DNA from: Raphidiopsis brookii D9 | GTDB lineage: Bacteria; Cyanobacteriota; Cyanobacteriia; Cyanobacteriales; Nostocaceae | Direction: 5' to 3' | Assembly (NCBI GenBank): GCA_000175855.1 | Contig: ACYB01000035.1 | Location: forward strand, 90,001 to 122,000 | DNA: 32,000 nucleotides | Made by a program: the position numbers and the translations under genes | Shown here: in pieces, positions 17,142-24,955 of the stretch | Layout: each line of letters begins with the position of its first letter | Numbering within the stretch: position 1 is the stretch's first letter | Notes under the pieces: model-generated | Told to the model about the DNA's origin: nothing | What the model saw: only the letters and a program-made list of their open reading frames with translations | Databases searched by the model: none

Positions 17142-17471
17142 TTACACTTTGGCCCAATAATCTGACACCAACACCGACTCCAGGTAAGGGCCCACTAAGT
17201 CCTTAAACAACTCGTGGTCAGGGTGGGGTAGGTAGGCGTCGAGGTCTGCTTCGCTTTTAAAGGTGAGGAAGAAGCAGTGGGTGAAGCCGAGAAGATTCAG
17301 TTCGGATTTTTCCTTGGATACATTGGTGCCCCACTCAAAATCGTGAATGACATCGATCTTGGCAGGTAGGGCGCGGAAAGCTTCTTCGATTTCCGCGATC
17401 TGTGCAGGCGTTGTTCCCTCTTTGAACTTGAAGACGACAACGTGACGGAGGAGAGATGGATTGGTGGGCAT
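17142..17471 (-). CDS. Dabb (stress-responsive alpha/beta-barrel) family protein
   Basis: MPTNPSLLRHVVVFKFKEGTTPAQIAEIEEAFRALPAKI...FTHCFFLTFKSEADLDAYLPHPDH is typical of Dabb. The start is ATG 17471. The 154-aa ORF in the track (to 17606) adds an implausible N-terminal extension. GC content and codon choice are visibly richer than in the neighbouring genes. Confidence 0.8.
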   Translation of the reverse strand: MPTNPSLLRHVVVFKFKEGTTPAQIAEIEEAFRALPAKIDVIHDFEWGTNVSKEKSELNLLGFTHCFFLTFKSEADLDAYLPHPDHELFKDLVGPYLESVLVSDYWAKV

Positions 17472-17558
17472 AGTAGGATTGTACTTTTGAGATTTTTGTA
17501 TTAGATGAAGGCGGACATAGGGAATGTACCATAGAATCATAGAATCAAACACTGATCT

Positions 17559-17582
17559 CAAGGTTCGGTTTACCGAACCTTG
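17559..17582. repeat. Perfect 10-bp-stem hairpin (CAAGGTTCGG-TTTA-CCGAACCTTG)
   Basis: Read directly from the sequence. It lies about 20 nt downstream (minus strand) of the tnpB-like remnant stop. A direct repeat ATAGAATC x2 sits at 17531-17546. Confidence 0.7.
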
Positions 17583-17602
17583 TGGATGTTCTTGAAAGTT
17601 TT

Positions 17603-17689
17603 TCACCCGGAAGTCGATAATTTTTTAATTATGTTGGCTGCGCCTTGGCAGTCAGCATTCATTAAGATGCCTTGAGCAGATGTGTCCAA
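17603..17689 (-). mobile_element. Possible remnant of the 3' end of an IS200/IS605-family tnpB (RNA-guided endonuclease) gene
   Basis: The minus-strand frame reads LDTSAQGILMNADCQGAANIIKKLSTSG*. ADxxGAxNI(L/I)KK followed by LST.G resembles the conserved C-terminal (H/N)AD.N(G/A)A.NIL..GLSTVG of TnpB proteins. Only 28 codons remain, so this is weak. Confidence 0.3.
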
Positions 17690-17691
17690 TT

Positions 17692-20367
17692 TTATTCCAC
17701 CACCTCATTCACAGGAAAGCGGTCAATTAACTGCATTGCCCTTCCAGCATTTTTCCGCAGAGACTCGCTCACAAAGGGAGCATGAGGAATTTGTGACAAC
17801 AAATCAAGAGTACGCCTTAATAACCTAACTACATCACCCTCATCTAAAGTGGTCATGGCACAAATTTGTAACCATTTGGTTCCCAGTGCCCATTGTTCTA
17901 CAATAGCAATCAGTTCGAATTCTAACCATATAGGTAGAGCAACATGATAACGATGTTGAATCTGAAATAACTTACGTCTAATATTACGCAAATTTGACAG
18001 GGCACTCCCCACCTCATCACTCAAATCAAAACTCACCCTACTATCAGGTCGTGGTGTTTCCGTGACTAGTGCTGCTATTGCTGCTGCTAAGTGATGGGGA
18101 TCTAAATTATCTAATTCACCACTATCTATAGCTAATCCTAACCATAATTCATTCTCACCCCTAATGGTGGCCGCCATTTGTCCCAAGTATGTGGGTACCA
18201 AATTGTCCAGGGCGTCAAAATGTTGTAGAATCCTAATTAGGTTCAAAAACTGCTCCCAATGTTGCTCAGAGTTTTGTTTTACCTGCTTCTCTAAACCCTC
18301 CAGATATGATTTTAATTCCAGAAACTTGGCTTTCTGCTTGAATATATGCCCAATTTTACCGGACTGGTGTACGGGATTATTTTCCATTTGTGACTGTATA
18401 GACACTACCCGACTGAGTTGATTTGCTAACTCCGGTGTCATGTACAAAAACTCTGTCGCGTCTGGAATAATATCCGCTATCTCTGCTGTCTGTGCATCTC
18501 CTCGCCAAGAATAACCTTTTTTTAATCCTAGCTCTATAGGGGGTATAATACTTTCTAGCACTTCTACCCTAGATATATGAGCATGTACTTCAAGTATATC
18601 TGAGCTTGTAGCTGAGTACCAACGATTATTCTTACCTAAACAAATAAGATAGGAACTCGGACCAGTGTCTGGCACTTTACTATATAGTATGGCTGTTATT
18701 GGTAGAGTAGCTGTGGTGTTTTTATCTCTCAAGCTCACAAGAGTCCCTTTGACGGCAAATTCCAGCATCATATACAATTCAGACTCTCTTTCTTCCCTTA
18801 GTTGCTCCTGTAAAGTTCTAAATATATGTAGCTCTACCTTTAAAATCTGTTTCAACTTTTCATAAAGGGTAATTTCATTTTCGTCTATGACACTTAATTC
18901 TTCCTCAATTTTTGTCAATTCTGCCTTAATTTCCTCAATTTCGTCGTATTCTGGCTTTAAATATAAAGTCGCCATGTACTGACCAAAACTGCGCTCTATT
19001 AGTTCCTTAGCTTGTTCTAAGGTATGGGTTTGCAACAGGTTTAACACCATGCCATAACTAGGAGTAAACTGACTCACTAAGGGATCTGCAGGGGATGTGG
19101 CTAAATATGCAGCTTCTCTTGCTCCCTCAAAGGGTGTTTGTAAAGTCACTACATGACCCTGTCTATCCATTCCCCTTCTACCCGCACGACCGGACATCTG
19201 TAAAAACTCAGAAGCCTTCAATAGTCGATGTCCATTATCAGTTCGCTTGGAAAGAGTTGATATTACTGTTGTCCGCGCAGGCATATTAATACCCGCCGCT
19301 AGTGTTTCTGTGGCAAATACAACTTTAATTAGACCCTGCTGAAATAGTTCTTCAACTAGTAACTTCCAAGCTGGTAATATGCCTGCATGGTGTGCCGCAA
19401 TACCCTTATACAGGGGAGCAATTTGCCCAGAACGTCCAGCTTCCGGATTGCGAGTTAAAAATTCATCAATTTGTACTCGTAATATTTGGGATTCTTCATT
19501 ATTCACCAACCATAGGTCGCTAACTTCTGAAACGGCTTTATCACAACCACGACGGCTGAAAATAAAGAAAATTGCTGGTAACATATCCCTCTGGGATAAT
19601 TGACTGAGGGTATAAACTATAGTTGGAGGTTCGGGACGATTACCATAACCCCTCTCCCCAATCCCCTTCTTACCCCGTTTGATTAACCTGGAATTAATTT
19701 TGGTCCTACTCTCATTCAGTAGAGGAAATAAACCTTTTGGGTTACAGAAGTGAAACTCTAGGGGAACGGGACGAAAATCAGAGTAAATTAAATCTGTTGG
19801 TCCGTGAACCCGATTTAACCAATCCGTTAGTTGGTCGCTATTATCAACAGTAGCAGAAAGGGCAACCAACTGAACCTCCTGGGGACAGTAAATTATGGAT
19901 TCCTCCCAAACTGTACCCCGCTGCTGATCGTTCATGTAGTGGCATTCATCTAAGACCACAGCCTCAACATTGGTCAAAGATACCCCAATTTGTCCTATGG
20001 GGGTACCATAAAGCATATTACGGAAAATTTCCGTGGTCATCACAATAATCGGTGCTTCCCGGTTTACAGAAGCATCTCCCGTGAGCAGTCCCACCTGCTC
20101 AAAACCAAATTTTTCCCGAAAGTCCCGTAACTTTTGATTGGATAAGGCTTTTAGGGGAGTTGTGTAAAATACCCTTTTACCCTGAGATAAAGCCCGATAA
20201 ATGGCATATTCACCAATTAAGGTTTTACCAGAACCTGTCGGAGCACAGACAACTACTGATCTTCCACCATTTAAAGAGGCGATCGCATCTAGTTGAAATT
20301 GATCGAGTTCAAAGGGAAAAATTGACTGTAGGTCAATTTCTAAAGGGGATGGAGTGTGATTATTCAC
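17692..20367 (-). CDS. Ski2/HelY-like DEAD/DEAH-box (DExH) RNA helicase with a DSHCT-type C-terminal domain
   Basis: Motifs present are CAPTGSGKT, DECH, SATV, TETLAAGINMPA and QMSGRAGRRG, with a C-terminal LDEGDVVRLLRRTLDLLSQI. I prefer the start at GTG 20367, which has GGAGG 6-7 nt upstream. The ORF is open to ATG 20490. Confidence 0.85.
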   Translation of the reverse strand: MNNHTPSPLEIDLQSIFPFELDQFQLDAIASLNGGRSVVVCAPTGSGKTLIGEYAIYRALSQGKRVFYTTPLKALSNQKLRDFREKFGFEQVGLLTGDASVNREAPIIVMTTEIFRNMLYGTPIGQIGVSLTNVEAVVLDECHYMNDQQRGTVWEESIIYCPQEVQLVALSATVDNSDQLTDWLNRVHGPTDLIYSDFRPVPLEFHFCNPKGLFPLLNESRTKINSRLIKRGKKGIGERGYGNRPEPPTIVYTLSQLSQRDMLPAIFFIFSRRGCDKAVSEVSDLWLVNNEESQILRVQIDEFLTRNPEAGRSGQIAPLYKGIAAHHAGILPAWKLLVEELFQQGLIKVVFATETLAAGINMPARTTVISTLSKRTDNGHRLLKASEFLQMSGRAGRRGMDRQGHVVTLQTPFEGAREAAYLATSPADPLVSQFTPSYGMVLNLLQTHTLEQAKELIERSFGQYMATLYLKPEYDEIEEIKAELTKIEEELSVIDENEITLYEKLKQILKVELHIFRTLQEQLREERESELYMMLEFAVKGTLVSLRDKNTTATLPITAILYSKVPDTGPSSYLICLGKNNRWYSATSSDILEVHAHISRVEVLESIIPPIELGLKKGYSWRGDAQTAEIADIIPDATEFLYMTPELANQLSRVVSIQSQMENNPVHQSGKIGHIFKQKAKFLELKSYLEGLEKQVKQNSEQHWEQFLNLIRILQHFDALDNLVPTYLGQMAATIRGENELWLGLAIDSGELDNLDPHHLAAAIAALVTETPRPDSRVSFDLSDEVGSALSNLRNIRRKLFQIQHRYHVALPIWLEFELIAIVEQWALGTKWLQICAMTTLDEGDVVRLLRRTLDLLSQIPHAPFVSESLRKNAGRAMQLIDRFPVNEVVE

Positions 20368-20799
20368 TAGAACCTCCACTCTGAGGAGGATGATGCTATC
20401 ACAAGACCTGGAAGTAACATCTGGGCGAATTGACTCGCCACCTGAAAATTCATAACTGTAACCATCCTGAATTTGCGGATTGTTGAACAATATTTGTGGG
20501 TGATTGCTACCCCCTACCCCCTGTACACACTGGAGGAACTGTACTTCCTACTATTATAGATGGATATGGTGGGGGATGGGGTTTTCCAGTAAGTCCCACT
20601 TATGATTACTTAATTTTCTATTATACAATCTAGCTGCATGACAGCTTAACTGAAATTCTGGGCCCGATTCTCAGATTCGTTAAAAATCATCAATAACATC
20701 AAATTTACCCCAATCTATTGAGCTAAATTGGGAGTGGGTTCGTCTCCTAGTTGTAGTTTCTAGAAGAACTCTAATCAACCTTCGGAAAAATTCTCAGAA

Positions 20800-21651
20800 A
20801 TGATTCAAAAAATTTTGCTGGCTGTCTCCGGACTCGGACACGCAGAGGAAATGATGAAAAACTTAAAGGAACTACCATCAATCCAATCTGCTAAAATTAC
20901 AGTTCTGCACGTTGTACCTTCACAAAGTACCGCAGCAGCTATGACGGAAAAATGGGAAGAGGGTGGTAAAATCCTCGCCAATGCTATTCAGTCTCTCAAT
21001 TTCGACCCTAGTCAAGTCTCTTCTATTTTGCGTCAGGGTGACCCCAAGGATGTGGTTTGTCAGGTAGCTGATGAAATCGGCGTAGACCTAATTGTTATGG
21101 GATCTCGGGGACTCAAACGTCTAGAATCTATTCTGTCTAACTCTGTTAGTCAGTATGTGTTCCAATTATCCTCCCACCCTATGTTGCTGGTTAAGGATGA
21201 TATCTACGTTAAACGCATTAAACGAGTTATGGTGGCTGTGGATGGCTCCCCTTCCTCATCTCAGTGTTTACAACTGGCTTTGTTTTTGCTAAGTGGGGTT
21301 GAGTCTGGACAGTTAATACTAGTCAACGTTAACACAGACCTGGGAGGTAAAATGTCAGGTATCATTGACATTAAACCGGAAAGAAACTCAGTTTTAGGCA
21401 ATGCGGTAGCTACTGCTGAAAGTCGTGGTATTCCTGTACGTTGTGTCACTAGCAGTGGTAAACCAGGAGAGGAAATCTGCCGTCTGTCACGGGAACTAAA
21501 CGCTGACCTTTTATTGTTGGGATCGCCAGACCGTCGCCCATCTATAGCCAAGAGTTTTGTAGATCTTGACCGACTATTGGGATCCTCCCTATCTGATTAC
21601 GTGCGCGTGAACGCTACTTGTCCCGTACTGCTGGCAAGAACTGTTTCTTAA
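20800..21651 (+). CDS. Universal stress protein, tandem UspA domains
   Basis: There are two USP halves. Each begins with (I/V)L(L/V)AVDGS-like strands and ends with G.RG......LGS(V/L)S..V-like motifs (LIVMGSRGLKRLESILSNSVSQYV; LLLLGSPDRR...LGSSLSDYV). Confidence 0.85.
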   Translation: MIQKILLAVSGLGHAEEMMKNLKELPSIQSAKITVLHVVPSQSTAAAMTEKWEEGGKILANAIQSLNFDPSQVSSILRQGDPKDVVCQVADEIGVDLIVMGSRGLKRLESILSNSVSQYVFQLSSHPMLLVKDDIYVKRIKRVMVAVDGSPSSSQCLQLALFLLSGVESGQLILVNVNTDLGGKMSGIIDIKPERNSVLGNAVATAESRGIPVRCVTSSGKPGEEICRLSRELNADLLLLGSPDRRPSIAKSFVDLDRLLGSSLSDYVRVNATCPVLLARTVS

Positions 21652-21727
21652 ATTCGTAGTTCTTTGTAACAAACTGAACAAGTGTTCGCTTGTTCAGAAT
21701 GACACCTTATGGTCATGATACTCATAA

Positions 21728-21766
21728 TTGACATTTCCCCGCCTTTACAAGACGGGGGAGTGTCAA
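21728..21766. terminator. Imperfect 39-nt hairpin between the convergent USP and psbM genes (possible bidirectional terminator)
   Basis: TTGACAttTCCCCG-cctttacaaga-CGGGGgAgTGTCAA starts 2 nt past the psbM stop on the minus strand. On the plus strand it is followed by a T6 run (21773-21778) that lies inside psbM. Confidence 0.4.
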
Positions 21767-21768
21767 GG

Positions 21769-21882
21769 TTAGTTTTTTCCACCTTCACGACTGGCAGTTT
21801 GGATGTAAAGAATTATTAAGAACACGGCAGGAACAAGCACGAACAAGATGCTTGCTACAAACCCCAGGTCATTCACTTGCAT
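21769..21882 (-). CDS. psbM: Photosystem II reaction centre protein M
   Basis: Hand translation gives [37 protein letters not shown] (37 aa). This is near-identical to the known cyanobacterial PsbM pattern M.VN.LG(F/L)IA..LFVLVP.VFL(I/L)ILY(I/V)QT. It is too short for the ORF track. Confidence 0.85.
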   Translation of the reverse strand: MQVNDLGFVASILFVLVPAVFLIILYIQTASREGGKN

Positions 21883-22109
21883 GGCAAGATAGCCTCTCTC
21901 TAAGTTGATTTTTGTTGATATACTCACTGACCTAGAAGGCCAGAGATTTTTGACAGTTCACAGCCACCTGCTACTCAAGTAGTCTTGCGATCGCTCCCTA
22001 TCCGTTTTAGGTCGTGCCGATGTCCCGTACTGACCACTTCCACACTATACACTGATTCACTGAAAATGACAAGTTGCATAGGAAAAAATCTGCAACTAAG
22101 GAGGGACAT

Positions 22110-22406
22110 TTAAGGTTTGGTAATCACACTTACCGGCCCATTAACTAGAGTTTGACAGGCAAGACGGTAAGTATGTGGGGAGTTCTTAAATTTCCGCTTT
22201 TCCACATCCGTGCGCGATGACAGATTCTCCAGTCCTTCAGTAACTTCCACAATGCAAGTGGCACATTGTCCGTAGCCACCACAATTGGTCATTTTACCCC
22301 ACAACTTATAGATGTCAATTCCATTCTCCAGTGCTTTGAGTCGGAGGTTGGCTCCATCCGCTGCTATTACTTCCTTGTTTTCTTTGATGAATTTAATGTT
22401 CCCCAT
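22110..22406 (-). CDS. 2Fe-2S ferredoxin-like iron-sulfur protein
   Basis: The 98-aa product has the cysteine cluster [10 protein letters not shown]...C (LACQ), typical of plant-type/fdx-like 2Fe-2S proteins. Confidence 0.8.
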   Translation of the reverse strand: MGNIKFIKENKEVIAADGANLRLKALENGIDIYKLWGKMTNCGGYGQCATCIVEVTEGLENLSSRTDVEKRKFKNSPHTYRLACQTLVNGPVSVITKP

Positions 22407-22506
22407 GGCTCTTAGCTGTTAGTTGTGACTTGTCACTGGTTAGTCTCATTTCTTATGAAAAAGTCCTAGGACAGGGATTACCTGTCCATATTGAGACCCG
22501 ATTAAT

Positions 22507-22644
22507 TTACCTGAAGCCCACAGCAGCTTGCCAAACAAAAGCAAGCAGCAAGAAGAATACAGGGATAACCGGGAGTACGTCTACCAAAGGTCCAAAGGTT
22601 TGGTAAGCTTCAGGGAGTTTTGCTAATAAAATTACTGCTTCCAT
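22507..22644 (-). CDS. psbK: Photosystem II reaction centre protein K
   Basis: Hand translation gives [45 protein letters not shown] (45 aa). This matches the PsbK consensus [27 protein letters not shown]. It is too short for the ORF track. Confidence 0.9.
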   Translation of the reverse strand: MEAVILLAKLPEAYQTFGPLVDVLPVIPVFFLLLAFVWQAAVGFR

Positions 22645-22845
22645 GTTTGTTTAAATCCAATTAATCCGACACAGCTTTTATACTTGAGAAGTATCCTATC
22701 ATGGTTTGGTTCTGGTTTAAAAATCTTCTGATTTACCCTTAGAAATTAAAGCTTCAGTCAAATCTTAACAGAAAGGATACATTCAGGAGAAACTTCCTGC
22801 AATTTGAGTTATTATTGGTATTCTGAGATTCTGCATCTTCCTACT

Positions 22846-24018
22846 ATGCTAAATCCTAATCTGGATGAAATCCAGTTAACGAAAGACGACTACGAAAGAT
22901 ACTCTCGCCATTTAATCTTGCCAGAAGTGGGCTTGGAAGGACAAAAACGCCTAAAAGCTGCCAGCGTATTATGTATTGGCACAGGTGGACTTGGTTCACC
23001 ACTGCTATTATACTTAGCAGCAGCGGGGGTGGGACGTATTGGTATTGTTGATTTTGATGTGGTTGATTTCTCTAACTTACAACGTCAAGTCATCCACGGC
23101 ACATCTTGGGTGGGTAAACCCAAAATTGCATCGGCAAAAGACCGCATTCATGAGATTAACCCCTATTGTCAGGTGGACCTATATGAAACTCGGTTAAGTT
23201 CAGAAAATGCTATTGACATACTTAGTCCCTACGACGTTATTGTAGATGGGACTGATAACTTTCCCACCCGGTATCTAGTTAATGATGCTTGTGTATTGCT
23301 AAACAAACCCAATGTTTACGGCTCAATTTTCCGTTTTGAAGGGCAAGCAACAGTATTTAACTATCAGGGTGGTCCTAACTATCGGGATCTATATCCCGAA
23401 CCCCCACCACCGGGTATGGTTCCTTCCTGTGCAGAAGGTGGTGTATTGGGGATTTTACCAGGAATTATTGGTGTAATTCAAGCTACGGAAACAGTAAAGA
23501 TTATTATTGGTAAGGGAACCACCCTCAGTGGGCGTTTAGTGCTATATAACGCTTTGGATATGAAGTTCCGAGAGTTGAAGTTGCGTCCTAACCCTGTCCG
23601 CCCAGTGATTGATAAACTCGTTGATTACGAAGAATTTTGCGGTATTCCTCAAGCTAGAGCAGCGGAAGCCCAACAGCAAATGGAAACCCAGGAAATGACT
23701 GTCAAGGAGTTAAAGACTCTCATAGACAGTGGTTCTCAGGATTTTATCCTATTAGATGTGCGTAATCCTCATGAATATGAAATTGCCAGGATTCCTGGTT
23801 CTGTGTTAATACCCCTACCAGAAATTGAAAATGGTGATGGTGTAGCAAGGGTCAAAGAATTGCTTAATGGACACAGTTTAATTGCCCATTGTAAGATGGG
23901 TGGACGCTCTGCCAAAGCTCTGGCTATTCTCAAAGCATCAGGTATATCAGGAACTAATGTCAAGGGTGGTATTAATGCTTGGAGTCAGGAGGTAGACCCT
24001 TCCGTACCACAGTATTAG
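22846..24018 (+). CDS. moeB: Molybdopterin-synthase adenylyltransferase MoeB/ThiF-type E1-like enzyme with a C-terminal rhodanese domain
   Basis: RYSRHLILPEVGLEGQKRLKAASVLCIGTGGLGSP, the NLQRQ motif, a CAEGGVLG region and a C-terminal rhodanese domain (CKMGGRS) are present. I prefer the start at ATG 22846; the track ORF begins at TTG 22804. Confidence 0.85.
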   Translation: MLNPNLDEIQLTKDDYERYSRHLILPEVGLEGQKRLKAASVLCIGTGGLGSPLLLYLAAAGVGRIGIVDFDVVDFSNLQRQVIHGTSWVGKPKIASAKDRIHEINPYCQVDLYETRLSSENAIDILSPYDVIVDGTDNFPTRYLVNDACVLLNKPNVYGSIFRFEGQATVFNYQGGPNYRDLYPEPPPPGMVPSCAEGGVLGILPGIIGVIQATETVKIIIGKGTTLSGRLVLYNALDMKFRELKLRPNPVRPVIDKLVDYEEFCGIPQARAAEAQQQMETQEMTVKELKTLIDSGSQDFILLDVRNPHEYEIARIPGSVLIPLPEIENGDGVARVKELLNGHSLIAHCKMGGRSAKALAILKASGISGTNVKGGINAWSQEVDPSVPQY

Positions 24019-24106
24019 TATTAAGCTCAGAAGAGGCGATCGCTCGCGGATAAATTCACCTTCTGTAAACTGGCGATCGCCTTCTTTCAGCCTTCTTATT
24101 CTTAGT

Positions 24107-24757
24107 TTGGGTGCCATTTGGTCTTTTGCGATCGCATCCTTTGTACTTTTAGGTGCTGGTATGGTTTTAAGGTTTTTCCACCCACCAGAAATACCCGCGT
24201 TGCCCAAAAACTTCCCAGCTTCAACAATACCCTTTCATAATCTATCCTTCATTTTCCTAACCGGTTTTACCATGTCCTGGGGATCTCGTTTGCTTATGGA
24301 TACCTTAGGCAAAACGCTCAAAACCCAATTATCCCCTGATAGGATCACCATAACTATGCTATCGTTCGGTTTAGCGCTGGCTTTGGCATCCTTACCTGCT
24401 GGATTTTGTGCTAGCAGGTTTGGTAATCGTCCAATGATGATACTAGGAATTATCGTCACTACTATATCCGTTTCAACCATGATAATTTTCCCAGTGCCAA
24501 TACCCTTTATAATCCTCTTGATAGTGTCCTTAATAGTTGGTTTTAGCTTGATAACAAATGGCATAATTCCATTTATTCTACAGTCAACTCCTCCCCGCTG
24601 GTCAGGATTAGGAATTGGCACTTATTTTGGTGGATTTTCTTTGGCCATGAGTCTTTTTGGCTCGCTCTTTTCTCCAGCTATTAGTCCTTTTGTGGCTGGT
24701 ATAAGCGCAGCCCTAGCTTTTTCCGTTAGTAGTATATGTATTTTTCTACCAAAATAG
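24107..24757 (+). CDS. MFS-like membrane protein consisting of a single six-helix half (possibly a gene remnant)
   Basis: The 216-aa product has about 6 hydrophobic helices. A degenerate MFS loop motif GFCASRFGNRPMMILG is present, followed by PPRWSGLGIGTYFGGFSLAMSLFG. There is no room for a second half because moeB ends at 24018. The start is uncertain (TTG 24107 or ATG 24161). Confidence 0.4.
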   Translation: MGAIWSFAIASFVLLGAGMVLRFFHPPEIPALPKNFPASTIPFHNLSFIFLTGFTMSWGSRLLMDTLGKTLKTQLSPDRITITMLSFGLALALASLPAGFCASRFGNRPMMILGIIVTTISVSTMIIFPVPIPFIILLIVSLIVGFSLITNGIIPFILQSTPPRWSGLGIGTYFGGFSLAMSLFGSLFSPAISPFVAGISAALAFSVSSICIFLPK

Positions 24758-24879
24758 AATATAAACGACCTTAAAGATGAAAGTGCCAACATTGCCACCA
24801 TGTTCAGATAGCGCTAGAATTTTCTTAGGGTTTTTTTCAAAAATTACTAATCACTAATCACACCTTTTCTCGTTAAAAT

Positions 24880-24893
24880 GGTATAATTGTTCT
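24880..24893 (+). promoter_or_regulatory. LexA-box-like site overlapping a TATAAT -10 element upstream of recA
   Basis: GGTATAATTGTTCT differs at one position from the Anabaena-type LexA box RGTACNNNDGTWCB (as I recall the consensus). TATAAT lies at 24882-24887, about 70 nt upstream of the recA ATG. Confidence 0.35.
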
Positions 24894-24955
24894 GATCAAA
24901 AAAAAACAAAGCAACCCTAACGCATCTTTGTTAAATCCTATATTTAGAGACTCTA

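Noticed and set aside
17142-17606. The 154-aa version of the Dabb ORF, starting at GTG 17606.
   Set aside because: The extra 45 residues (MKNFQEHPQGSVNRTLRSVFDSMILWYIPYVRLHLIQKSQKYNPT) read through the hairpin and the AT-rich leader. They do not resemble Dabb proteins, which begin at MPTNPSLLRHVVVFKF. The internal ATG 17471 is the credible start.
20508-20584. A C-rich tract (ctaccccctaccccct) and a G-rich tract (ggtgggggatggggtt) about 46 nt apart, upstream of the helicase.
   Set aside because: They can pair only as 5+4 bp with an internal mismatch, and there are too few G-runs for a G-quadruplex. This is insufficient to call a structured regulatory element.
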